Shown here: one piece after another, positions 46,733 through 55,892 of the stretch
How the letters are laid out: each line of letters starts with the position of its first letter
Position numbering within the stretch: the first letter of the stretch is position 1
Assembly (NCBI GenBank): GCA_963815095.1
Contig: CAWFFH010000003.1
Span: forward strand, 960,001-1,024,000
Direction: 5' to 3'
Origin: Candidatus Bathyarchaeota archaeon
GTDB lineage: Archaea > Thermoproteota > Bathyarchaeia > Bathyarchaeales > Bathycorpusculaceae
DNA length: 64,000 bases
Notes under the pieces: generated by a model
Told to the model about the DNA's origin: nothing
Database searches by the model: none
Seen by the model: only the letters and a program-made list of their open reading frames with translations
Position numbers and translations under genes: made by a program

Positions 46733-46794
46733 TTCTATCTTTACTCACGATTTAGCGCTGTTTGCTTAAAGAGTTAACAGTGCTAAAGATAAAA

Positions 46795-48129
46795 TTATCC
46801 TGTCTGGGTACATTGGTGCTCTTTATTTTGTAGCTCTAAGGGACATCCGCCACCACAAACTTGCAGTTGGTCACAGTCCTTGCATTTTTCCTCTACAAAT
46901 TCTCTTTTTCTAAGTTTTTCTGCTATGGGATTGTGCCAAATCTTTTCCCAGGGTTCGGCTAAGATGTTTCCGAGGCTTTCGAAGTAGCTTTGGCAAGGGT
47001 AAACGTCGCCGTTTGGTCCAACGCAAGCGTTTATCATGGCTGCGGTGCAGCTTTTTACGCCTAAACCCAACTGCACTGGGTCAAATTGGCAGTACTGGGT
47101 TGGCGTGTACCAAAGGAACTTGAGGCCAATCAATTGGGCTTTGTCTCGGATTTGAGGCAAAAGAATCTTCAGATCTTCTACCGATAAAGCGAATTCTTCG
47201 CTTGCTTCTGGTGCTTTGCCTGAGTAGATAAGGCTGTTGCAGCCAAACGCGTCCACGCCAAGCCCTTTGATGTAATCGACGGTTGTTAAGAAGTCGGCTG
47301 CGTTATGTTTGCTCAACGTGGTGTTGGTTGAAACATAAATTTTTGATTGAACTGCATTTCGGATTCCCGCAATGGTTTCTTTCCAACTGCCCTTCGCGTC
47401 TGTCATTTTATCGTGAATCTGGGGCTTGTGGGATTCCAACGTTACCTGAACAAAATCTAAACCTGACTTCTCAAGCACATCCACAAACGCTTTATCCTTG
47501 AGCTTTCGCCCATTACTAATCAAACCCGTAACCATGCCTTTGTTTTGAGCGTACAAGAGCAGTTCAGGCAAATCTTCCCGCAAGGTGGGTTCGCCGCCTG
47601 TGAATGTTAAGATGAAGACGCCGATGTCGCTGAGCTTATCAATCACGCTTTTCCACTGTGCCGTTGTTAGTTCGGGGGTTTCGTGTGGTCCGCCAGCGTA
47701 GCAGTGGACGCAGTCGTTTTGGCACCTAAACGTCAAAGCTAAATCCATGCGAAGCGGCGCAGAATACTGGTAGCTAAAGGGCTCCATTTTTTCGATTTCA
47801 AGAAAGCTCACAGGGTCAATTTTCGCAGTCTGCGCAAGTGTACTTACCGTGTAAACAAGCTTCTCGTAATCGGCTTTGGCAGTTTCAGCACCAACGCGGT
47901 ACATTCCCCGGATTTTTTTAACTACATCTTTTTCGGGCAAGCCCTGCATAAAAAAGTAAGCTAATGCCGTTGCCGTTAGGTTCAGATGCAGGATTCTGTC
48001 GCCGTTAATCACCATAACGCCCTGTCCACTTGCTTCAACACGAAGCTGCAAGGACATCCCTGCGAACTTGTCCTCTCCGCGGTAACTGTATCTTCCAAAT
48101 GGGATGGTTTTTTTCTTAAAGAAACTCAT
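46795..48129 (-). CDS. Radical SAM/SPASM enzyme with N-terminal PqqD-like (RRE) domain
   Basis: ATG at 48129; LNLTATA..DVVKKIRGMYRV..AKADYEKL (RRE-like); CQNDCVHC; GGEP; SPASM CTAA..GDVYPC..CKDCDQLQVCGGGCP..C. Confidence 0.92.
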   Translation of the reverse strand: MSFFKKKTIPFGRYSYRGEDKFAGMSLQLRVEASGQGVMVINGDRILHLNLTATALAYFFMQGLPEKDVVKKIRGMYRVGAETAKADYEKLVYTVSTLAQTAKIDPVSFLEIEKMEPFSYQYSAPLRMDLALTFRCQNDCVHCYAGGPHETPELTTAQWKSVIDKLSDIGVFILTFTGGEPTLREDLPELLLYAQNKGMVTGLISNGRKLKDKAFVDVLEKSGLDFVQVTLESHKPQIHDKMTDAKGSWKETIAGIRNAVQSKIYVSTNTTLSKHNAADFLTTVDYIKGLGVDAFGCNSLIYSGKAPEASEEFALSVEDLKILLPQIRDKAQLIGLKFLWYTPTQYCQFDPVQLGLGVKSCTAAMINACVGPNGDVYPCQSYFESLGNILAEPWEKIWHNPIAEKLRKREFVEEKCKDCDQLQVCGGGCPLELQNKEHQCTQTG

Positions 48130-48131
48130 AT

Positions 48132-49766
48132 TTAATGGCCTCCTCCGCCTGCACAGGCGCAAGCGCATGAAACGCAAGCGCAGGCACAGGCACATGCCGC
48201 ACACGCACAGACACAATCCGCCTTTGGATGAGCTGGATCATGAGACGCTTTTGGCGGCGCTGGAACGATAGCGTTGGCGAATTTTTCCATGCTACCAACT
48301 ATGTTGTTTGAGGTTTTTTCGACTGATGTGGCGATGTTGTTGGCGAAGTCTGCTCCTGGAATTTTTGGAGCCGGACCAGACTGCGTTGGTACGTTAACGT
48401 TTGGCGAATATGTTGGGTTTGGATGATATGTTGTATAACCGTACCACCACCAGAACCACAATGGATTAGGCTGAATATAGCCTGTCCTGAACACGGTTTC
48501 AGTTCGTGTCCGCTGGTTAGGGTCAAGCAAAAGCCAAAGCAGTTGCTCATCGTAAGCATTAGCAGCCAACTCAACTGTGCCAGCTTGTTCCACTTGAGTC
48601 CAAGCTTGAGCAGCGATTTTTCGGTAATAATCCACTGTGTCTTTTCGGCTGTAGCCCTGCAGCTTCTGTTCCACCGTGTCACGTAGGAACATAATTGTGT
48701 GTGCAAGTTTTTCCTCGTCGAGGCTGCCATCGGTTTTAAGTGAGTTCAAGAAATCGATCTCGTAATACCTCAGGGGGTCGTCTTTGGTGCCCGTTTTGTT
48801 TTCGAAAGGCGGCAATAATTTTAGTTTTAAGGAGGGTTTGGTTTCTTGCGCCCAGACCGCTCTTTTCTGTAAGAGGCTATAGAGAATTTCGGTAACTATC
48901 TGGGGCGGCTTCATGTCAAGGAGGTAAGAGGCTTCAACCGCGGTTAAGCCACGTTTAACGCCTAAGCTTTCCATGCCGACTTTCGGTGAAGTATAGCTGC
49001 TTTTGCTGAGTGCTCTAATTATTAAGGCGAAAATGGCAATTGCAAATAAAACCCCAACAACACCTACTATAATTCCATAAGAGCCCAGGCTGAATCCTCC
49101 CCCTCCCGAACTCGGAACGTAGTTGGGCAAAAACTTTGCTGGAAAAGAAACACCTACCAAAAACTGCTCATTTGGTTGGATGACGGGTTTTTCCCAGTAA
49201 ACCGTCAATTGCCCATTAACGGTGGAGGTGCCGTTATAGAAGTTCTGGGTAGTTTTCACATCAGCTACAGTGACATCGGGCGGCAAAACAATTTGGACAC
49301 GCACATCGTTGATGGCTGTGTCGGATATCCACTGGGGAATAAACTGCATCCCAAAGTTTCCAGAGTTCTGGGTGTCATTGCTTATCATGCCTGCAACGTT
49401 AGTTGTAACCGTGAACCAGACTGATTGTCCAGTGGTTAAGGGCTGGTTTAATGTGACATCAATTCGGTAGTCGCCTCCGCTGCTGGCGTCGACAACATTG
49501 AGCGAGTTGCCGTATTGATCTACTGCTTGGCCAGGTGTGAAGTCGCTTTTGGGTTGTCCAACGTAGAATCCGTGTAAGACCCCTGAGGTTACTGTTAGGG
49601 TTATGTTGTAGGTTAAGTCAATGGTGCCATCTTGGTTGATGAAGATTTGAGCCCACTCATGGTCAACTGTGTATGTCAAGCTTTGTGCGTTGACGCTGCT
49701 TGTCGCTGAAACTGTAACCGCCAAAATCAGCAGTAAAGCGAAAAGCAACGGAATTTTTTTTACCAT
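48132..49766 (-). CDS. DUF2207-like single-pass membrane protein with Cys-rich C-terminal tail
   Basis: Signal peptide; INQDGTIDLTY; VGVSFP; one TM; GLTAVEASYLL; YYEIDFL; ends DCVCACAACACACACVSCACACAGGGGH. Confidence 0.88.
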   Translation of the reverse strand: MVKKIPLLFALLLILAVTVSATSSVNAQSLTYTVDHEWAQIFINQDGTIDLTYNITLTVTSGVLHGFYVGQPKSDFTPGQAVDQYGNSLNVVDASSGGDYRIDVTLNQPLTTGQSVWFTVTTNVAGMISNDTQNSGNFGMQFIPQWISDTAINDVRVQIVLPPDVTVADVKTTQNFYNGTSTVNGQLTVYWEKPVIQPNEQFLVGVSFPAKFLPNYVPSSGGGGFSLGSYGIIVGVVGVLFAIAIFALIIRALSKSSYTSPKVGMESLGVKRGLTAVEASYLLDMKPPQIVTEILYSLLQKRAVWAQETKPSLKLKLLPPFENKTGTKDDPLRYYEIDFLNSLKTDGSLDEEKLAHTIMFLRDTVEQKLQGYSRKDTVDYYRKIAAQAWTQVEQAGTVELAANAYDEQLLWLLLDPNQRTRTETVFRTGYIQPNPLWFWWWYGYTTYHPNPTYSPNVNVPTQSGPAPKIPGADFANNIATSVEKTSNNIVGSMEKFANAIVPAPPKASHDPAHPKADCVCACAACACACACVSCACACAGGGGH

Positions 49767-50113
49767 TTTGGTTCCTCAGTAATCTCAAAAGTGGTACCGC
49801 AGTAAGGGCACTTAACGTATGGTACACCTGAAACAATCTTGATTTGGTCAGCGCTAATTGACCCGCCGCAGTTGGGGCATTTGATCTGCGCAGCCTTCAT
49901 TTGTCCTGAAACCTTCAGTTGCTGGATAACCGTTTTGGGTTTGCGGGTTGTGTAGTAGATTCCTACGATTATGGCTAAGCCAATTATGAAGAGTATGCCG
50001 CTTGTTGCAAGACGCGCTGATGTAGCTTGCACTGAAGCTGCGAGTGCAAAGATAATTGCAAGAAAGAACACAACTGCCGCGGCTATGCCGCCAAGGATGG
50101 GTAAGATTCTCAT
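49760..50113 (-). CDS. Two-TM protein with C-terminal zinc ribbon
   Basis: Likely ATG at 50113; two TM helices; CPNCGG..CPYCG..EEPKW; its stop overlaps the next ATG. Confidence 0.8.
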   Translation of the reverse strand: MRILPILGGIAAAVVFFLAIIFALAASVQATSARLATSGILFIIGLAIIVGIYYTTRKPKTVIQQLKVSGQMKAAQIKCPNCGGSISADQIKIVSGVPYVKCPYCGTTFEITEEPKW

Positions 50114-50295
50114 AACTATTTTCTGTAAGGCTTGAAGATTTAAATCTAGTCCCTTTAGTTCAGCTGAAACGCTTGACTTGCCCTTAAGAGGTTGGGGCTT
50201 CAAATCAAGCCTGGATCAATTTAGGACCATAGGTTAGACAAAAACAAGTTTACCTGAAGGGGTTTGCAGAGGCTCTGCAGCGTGAATGCAAGCTT

Positions 50296-50360
50296 GTCAA
50301 TAAATCTTGACTTGTTTTCAGTGACTTAGTCCAGAGTTGTTGACAAAAAAGCTTTTATTA
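50296..50360 (+). promoter_or_regulatory. Tandem GTCAA-N6-TTGAC-like sites plus BRE/TATA
   Basis: GTCAA-TAAATC-TTGAC (50296), GTCCA-GAGTTG-TTGAC (50329), then TTTTATTA 8 nt later. Confidence 0.55.
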
Positions 50361-50389
50361 GAAACATTACCTGAGCTTTTCCTGTAGTC

Positions 50390-53197
50390 GTGTCTAAGAT
50401 GAATGGATCGTTAAAGAAGAGCAGGCTGATTGTGTATATCGCGTTTATTATTCTACCGCTCTTAATTTTCCCTGTCAATGCAAACTGGGTAATGTTCCGC
50501 GGGGACCTCTCCCGCAGCGGCGCCGTAGCAACCGACTGGACTCCCGGACAGGTTACGTGGAATTTCTCAACCGGTGACAAAGTTAGGTCCTCACCCGCCA
50601 TTTCAGACGGAATAGTCTACGTTAGCTCATACGACAACTATGTGTACGCACTTGATGGCGCAACTGGGGCTAAACTTTGGAGTTTTAAAACTGATGGCGA
50701 CGTTTATGCTTCTCCCGTCGTTGCTGATGGTGTAGTCTACATTGGGTCGCAAGACGAAAAATTATATGCCCTCAATAGCTCCACAGGCACCCAGATCTGG
50801 AGCAGAGCTTTCATCAACGGCTACCATACCTCCACCGCAGCGGTGGCGAATGGAGTTGTATACTTTGGCAGCGGCAACGGTACTATCTATGCGCTCAGCG
50901 TCTCGGATGGGTCGACGATTTGGAGTTTTAGAGTCAACTGTAACCCTTTCTCTTGTCCAGTCGTAGTCAATGGGGTTGTCTACATCGGCGCAATCGATGC
51001 CAGCTCGGGGCAAATGTATGCGCTGGACGCAGCCACAGGCGCCAAAATCTGGAATTTTTCAACAGCTACCCCGAACAATATGGTTTTTTCTTCGCCAGCA
51101 GTCGTTAACGGCGTGGTCTATTTCGGAGCCGATGACCGCAACGTTTACGCCCTAAACGCCGCAACGGGGGAGAAAATCTGGAGCTACTATACAGCTGCAC
51201 TGACCGAGTCATCCCCTGCAGTAGTTAACGGAGTCGTCTACATCGGTGCCAATAACGGCAACCTATATGCCCTAGACGCCTCATCAGGAGTCCAAATCTG
51301 GCACTTTTCCTCATTCAATTGCATAACCTCAAGCCCTGCAGTCCTTGATGGAGTAGTATACGTCGGCTCGTGGGACAACAACCTCTACGCAGTCAACGCT
51401 TCCAACGGCATCGAACTTTGGAGATATACAACAGGCGGCTCAATCTCCAGCTCACCAGCCGTGACAAAGGGAGGAGAAGTCTACATCGGATCCGATGACA
51501 CCCGCATATACTGTCTCAACACAAAAAGCGTTTCGCCATATTACCAAATAAATGGAGCCAGTGGATCAATCAACAGCGGAGGCATCAAACAGTTTATCAC
51601 GATTAATATCGATGGCACCATCACCCCCTCCACGACACCAATAGCCAGATATGGAAACCGATACACACTCACAGGCGACATCGGCGGCTCCATAAAAATT
51701 CTAAAAGATAACATAGTATTTGACGGCCAAGGTCACACAGTCTATGGAAATGGCTCAGCTAAAACCGGTGGCGACATAACCCTCAATCGCCGAGATCACG
51801 TTACAGTAATGAACACTGTCTTCACTGGGTGGTTCGGTACAGCCATAAGCGTGGGCTCAATGGATACAGTCGACCCCAACAATCAGACGGGCAGCAGCAA
51901 CTGCATAATCACCAACAACACAATAACAGGCGGAACCCCAAACTACTGTTTCTGCATCTGGGTCGAAGGCACCAACAACTCTATCACAAACAACCACATC
52001 TACGGCAACAACGGTATGGGTATAGCGCTTGAGAGAGGCACTAATCACCTAATTGCAAATAACCTAATTGAAAACAACGGAATGTACGCCATAAGTTTTG
52101 AATACGGTCAAGCCACAGTACGCGGCAACCATCTCAATAACAACACAGGCGGAGCATACTACTTCACCGATAGCCTCATGGGCATAATGACCCCCATACA
52201 GGATATCGACAGCTCCAACCTCGTAGACGGCAAACCAACCTATTACTGGGTAAACCAGCGCCACCAAACCATTCCAACCGACGCGGGAGTCGTGATTTTG
52301 ATTAACTGCAGCTACATCACTATAAGCGGGTTAAACATCGATAAGGGCGGAAAATACAACTCTTACAGCATCTTCCTCTCCGACACAACCAACTCCATAA
52401 TCAGCGACAACACCATCACAGCAGGCAACGGAATCAGAATACAACAAAACAAAATCTATGGCTCGAACGTCTCCGTCCTTAGAAACTACCTCACCACGGG
52501 CATGTGGACGGGCAGTAACACAACCATAGCCTCCAACGTCTTTGTAAGTAAGGGTATAATGCTGGGCGTTGATGTCGTAGTAGCTTACAACAACTTCACA
52601 GGCTGCGACGTCGCAATCAACATGGATAGCTACAACAGCACAATCCGAAACAACAACTTCCAGAACAACCAAGTAGTATTTCACATGTACGGAGGCGGCA
52701 ACAACCAAATCTACCATAACAACTTTATTTCCAACACCAAACAGGCGGAAGAGCAGCACTCTGACTCGTCACGCTGGCCAATAGACGGGTTCTATGCCTC
52801 AGTCAATAACACTTGGTACCAACCTTTACCGGTGGGCGGAAACTACTGGAGTGACTATAAAGGCAATGACTTAAACAACGACGGAATCGGCGACACACCA
52901 TACCACATAATTGAGAACTATACCGATCTTTATCCACTAATACAGCCCACAAATATTATTCAGCCCACCACGGAGAGTCTATTACCAGCAGAAACGGGGC
53001 AAATCCTAAGTCCAAATCCAACGGAAAAACCTGACCCATCCTCAACAAGTAATCTCCAAGTTAGCAGTGAACCGAACAAAACAAACTCACCCACTTCAGC
53101 TCTGCAATTACTTTGGGTGTTAGTGATACTAACAATTGTTGTTTTAACCACATTAGTTGCTTACCGCATATTCAAAAAGCGGCAAATGCCCAGCTAA
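50390..53197 (+). CDS. Surface protein: PQQ-like beta-propeller repeats, NosD/pectin-lyase beta-helix and C-terminal TM
   Basis: Eight SSPAV..GVVY.GS.D..LYAL.A.TG..IW repeats; N-rich beta-helix; GGNYWSDY..D..GIGDTPY. Confidence 0.9.
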   Translation: MSKMNGSLKKSRLIVYIAFIILPLLIFPVNANWVMFRGDLSRSGAVATDWTPGQVTWNFSTGDKVRSSPAISDGIVYVSSYDNYVYALDGATGAKLWSFKTDGDVYASPVVADGVVYIGSQDEKLYALNSSTGTQIWSRAFINGYHTSTAAVANGVVYFGSGNGTIYALSVSDGSTIWSFRVNCNPFSCPVVVNGVVYIGAIDASSGQMYALDAATGAKIWNFSTATPNNMVFSSPAVVNGVVYFGADDRNVYALNAATGEKIWSYYTAALTESSPAVVNGVVYIGANNGNLYALDASSGVQIWHFSSFNCITSSPAVLDGVVYVGSWDNNLYAVNASNGIELWRYTTGGSISSSPAVTKGGEVYIGSDDTRIYCLNTKSVSPYYQINGASGSINSGGIKQFITINIDGTITPSTTPIARYGNRYTLTGDIGGSIKILKDNIVFDGQGHTVYGNGSAKTGGDITLNRRDHVTVMNTVFTGWFGTAISVGSMDTVDPNNQTGSSNCIITNNTITGGTPNYCFCIWVEGTNNSITNNHIYGNNGMGIALERGTNHLIANNLIENNGMYAISFEYGQATVRGNHLNNNTGGAYYFTDSLMGIMTPIQDIDSSNLVDGKPTYYWVNQRHQTIPTDAGVVILINCSYITISGLNIDKGGKYNSYSIFLSDTTNSIISDNTITAGNGIRIQQNKIYGSNVSVLRNYLTTGMWTGSNTTIASNVFVSKGIMLGVDVVVAYNNFTGCDVAINMDSYNSTIRNNNFQNNQVVFHMYGGGNNQIYHNNFISNTKQAEEQHSDSSRWPIDGFYASVNNTWYQPLPVGGNYWSDYKGNDLNNDGIGDTPYHIIENYTDLYPLIQPTNIIQPTTESLLPAETGQILSPNPTEKPDPSSTSNLQVSSEPNKTNSPTSALQLLWVLVILTIVVLTTLVAYRIFKKRQMPS

Positions 53198-53402
53198 GCA
53201 ACCAATGTAGCGCGTATTTTTTTTTAAAAAAGTTTGCAGGTGAGAGGAAAAAAAATTGCAAATAGTCCCTAGCTTGGTGCCTACAATAGAGCCTAAATGG
53301 GGAAGTCTTGCAATATTTATTTAAACTTGGAGCACCAAACATAGCCATTATATCAATTAATATATGCAAGGTGCACAATGAAGATATCGAGGATGGCATT
53401 GC

Positions 53403-54152
53403 TTGGTTTGGTATGATGACCCAGTAATAGTTACAGTGGTGTTGTTAGTGGTAATCATCGCCGTCGGAACAGTAGTTTTTGTCATGAGACGGTATGGGAA
53501 CGGGAAAAAATCCTCACCAGCCAAGAAAACACCGCAGAAATCCGACCCAGACCTCGAATACAACAACATACCGTTTAAAATTTCTAAAAGCGTTCAAACC
53601 ACAATGGCTTCCAGCGCAAAAGACGAATTGCGAATTCTGGATTTAGAACGCGACATTTTGGGTGATGCAATAAGGCGACTCTACGAAGCTCATGCTGAAG
53701 GCAAAATCACGGAGCAAGAACGAGAAAAATTAGCAATCACCTACAAAAACAGAATGAACACCATCAAAGAATCCATTTCTAAAGACGAAGGCATAGTTGC
53801 ACTCCATGAGCTTGAAGGCATGCAAGAAGACCTCATGAAACTCTTCAGCGAACGCTTCGGAGAACTGACCAGCAAAGTAGAAGAACTCAGAACAAGAATC
53901 GACGTAAAACCAATCCGAGAAATCCCAATAAAGATGCCTTCTCAAACCCCAACTCAAATAGAAAACGATGACGACGAAGAAGAAAGCGAAGAAGAACCCG
54001 AAACTACAGCTGAAGAGAAACCCAAAAAGAAACGCAAACCGCCAGAAGAGAAACCAACAGCCAAAACTGAAGCTGAAAAAAGAATAGAATCTATTCGTAG
54101 TGAAGTTGAGAAAGTTTTAGATAAACTGGGCCAAATGGAGATTGAAAGCTAA
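53403..54152 (+). CDS. Membrane-anchored coiled-coil hypothetical protein
   Basis: N-terminal TM, helical core, acidic/basic linker. Confidence 0.75.
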   Translation: MVWYDDPVIVTVVLLVVIIAVGTVVFVMRRYGNGKKSSPAKKTPQKSDPDLEYNNIPFKISKSVQTTMASSAKDELRILDLERDILGDAIRRLYEAHAEGKITEQEREKLAITYKNRMNTIKESISKDEGIVALHELEGMQEDLMKLFSERFGELTSKVEELRTRIDVKPIREIPIKMPSQTPTQIENDDDEEESEEEPETTAEEKPKKKRKPPEEKPTAKTEAEKRIESIRSEVEKVLDKLGQMEIES

Positions 54153-54855
54153 CTTGGATCCAATTCAGCAAGAAAAGCAGAATGCAGCTTTAGCTGCAGT
54201 TAAACACGTTAAAGATTGTTATATCGTTGGGTTAGGTAGTGGAAGCACAGCAGCCTTTGCCATCGAAGCCCTAGGTGAGCGAATTCAGAAAGAGAACCTG
54301 CACATTATGGGCATTCCAACTTCTTACCAAGCGTTCCTTTTAGCGGTCGAATGCAAAATTCCAATAACTACACTTGACGAGCACCAAGTTATCGACGTAA
54401 CAATAGATGGCGCTGACCAATTAACTCCAGAATTATTCTTAATCAAGGGCGGCGGCGCCGCGATGGCACGAGAAAAAATAGTGGCATCAGCATCCAAACT
54501 AAACATCATAATTGCTGACCAACAAAAAAAAGTCACTTTGCTGGGAGAAAAAAACCAGTTTGTGCCAATCGAAGTTTTGCCGTTTGCTCTACCAATCGTT
54601 AAAGAAACCATCATTGCTATGGGCGGAAAACCTGTAGTGCGGGAAGGCAAAGGAAAACTGGGTCCCACCATCACGGATAACGGCAACGCAGTCATAGACG
54701 CATACTTCGGAGAAATAGTAAATCCCGCAGAACTTGCCGTGAAGGTGAAGATTGTTCCGGGCGTGGTTGAAACTGGCTTCTTCATCGGCTTAACCGACAT
54801 CGCCTATCTTGGGTCAAGCGGTGGCGTGGAGAAAATCGAAAAGTTGCGTAAGTAA
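54142..54855 (+). CDS. rpiA: Ribose-5-phosphate isomerase A
   Basis: GLGSGST, DGAD, IKGGG..REK, TDNGN, PGVVETG. Confidence 0.96.
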   Translation: MKANLDPIQQEKQNAALAAVKHVKDCYIVGLGSGSTAAFAIEALGERIQKENLHIMGIPTSYQAFLLAVECKIPITTLDEHQVIDVTIDGADQLTPELFLIKGGGAAMAREKIVASASKLNIIIADQQKKVTLLGEKNQFVPIEVLPFALPIVKETIIAMGGKPVVREGKGKLGPTITDNGNAVIDAYFGEIVNPAELAVKVKIVPGVVETGFFIGLTDIAYLGSSGGVEKIEKLRK

Positions 54856-54988
54856 TTGTCGAGAGTGTGGCTCCCAACAATAAGCGTTGATTTTTCAAAT
54901 GATAATGAGCCGACTTCCCGCTAATGATGATCTATGCATCAGTTTTATGAAATAACTATCGGGATTAAATTTTAATAATCCACCACCA

Positions 54989-55043
54989 GTCAAGAAATCC
55001 TGACTCAGATTAGTCAAGGTTCTTTTACAAGAAACCTTATTAT
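54989..55043 (+). promoter_or_regulatory. Tandem GTCAA-N6-TTGAC-like sites plus BRE/TATA
   Basis: GTCAA-GAAATC-CTGAC (54989), GTCAA-GGTTCT-TTTAC (55013), then TTATTAT 8 nt later. Confidence 0.55.
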
Positions 55044-55066
55044 GAAAATCAGTTCCAATTGTAAGC

Positions 55067-55804
55067 ATGGATAAAATAAGCAAGATTTTTGCAGTATTCA
55101 TTATTCTAATTATGGCTATCTCAAGCCTAAGCCTAATAATAGTTAAACCGGCAAATGCTCAAACAATCCCTACGCCATCCATACCTGAATTTAGCGTAAC
55201 TCATACTAGTTCATCTATTGAAGTTACAATTCTAAATCAGCCTTTCAGTCCACATCAAACTGCTGGCGGAACAGCTTTAAACTTATTTTATACTGTTAGG
55301 GTAAAGGAGCATTCAAGTGATAATTGGAACTACTATCCTCAATATCAAGGCAATTACCACCCAAATGGCAATTATCCTGCCACAAATTCTGATTATACAG
55401 TTATGCACTTTGAATTCAACGGTTCATCTAGCGGACCTTTAACCTTAAATCCGGTTTTAACTGGGAAGCAATATGATTTTCAAGTTCAAGCTGCCATAGG
55501 ATTCTATGTTACAGAACCCTATTTCCCACCTGGTCAAACATACCCTCCTTCCCCAGAAGGAACAGTTCAAGATTTTTCAGGATATTTCAGCGATTATAGT
55601 CCCACACAAACACTAACCATTGATGAAACCTCGCCATCAGTTTCACCTACTCCAACATCAATGCCCTCTCCAACTCCTACCCCAACACCAACCGTCCCAG
55701 AGTTTTCAGCATGGACAATTCCGTTGCTACTAACTATAGTCGTTGCATTAGCTGGTTTGCTTGTCTACCTAAAAAAACCCAAAGCACAAATCAATTTGAA
55801 ATAA
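55067..55804 (+). CDS. Secreted protein with Pro/Thr/Ser stalk and PEF-CTERM-like anchor
   Basis: Signal peptide; SPTPTPTPT-VPEF-TM-KK. Confidence 0.85.
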   Translation: MDKISKIFAVFIILIMAISSLSLIIVKPANAQTIPTPSIPEFSVTHTSSSIEVTILNQPFSPHQTAGGTALNLFYTVRVKEHSSDNWNYYPQYQGNYHPNGNYPATNSDYTVMHFEFNGSSSGPLTLNPVLTGKQYDFQVQAAIGFYVTEPYFPPGQTYPPSPEGTVQDFSGYFSDYSPTQTLTIDETSPSVSPTPTSMPSPTPTPTPTVPEFSAWTIPLLLTIVVALAGLLVYLKKPKAQINLK

Positions 55805-55862
55805 AGTTTGACTAAGCAGTTTTCAGAGTTAGTCAAGAAACCTTTACGAGAACCCTTAAATT
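55797..55862 (+). promoter_or_regulatory. Tandem GTCAA-N6-TTGAC-like sites plus BRE/TATA
   Basis: TGAAA-TAAAGT-TTGAC (55797), GTCAA-GAAACC-TTTAC (55832), then TTAAATT 8 nt later. Confidence 0.55.
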
Positions 55863-55892
55863 ATTAACTATCTCAAGTGAGTTTGGATAAGA

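Noticed and set aside
48135-48215. Cys-Ala tail as a DNA microsatellite artefact
   Set aside because: Codons vary (TGT/TGC; GCG/GCA/GCC/GCT), so it is not slippage-derived.
48130-48216. Cys-rich N-terminal extension (MCLCVCGMCLC...) of the rSAM ORF in the track
   Set aside because: It is an alternate-frame reading of the upstream gene's Cys tail; the rSAM most likely starts at ATG 48129.
50580-51520. ~120-bp periodic repeats as a possible CRISPR or DNA repeat array
   Set aside because: They are in-frame PQQ-like propeller blades with synonymous divergence; no repeat-spacer array or cas gene was seen in the window.
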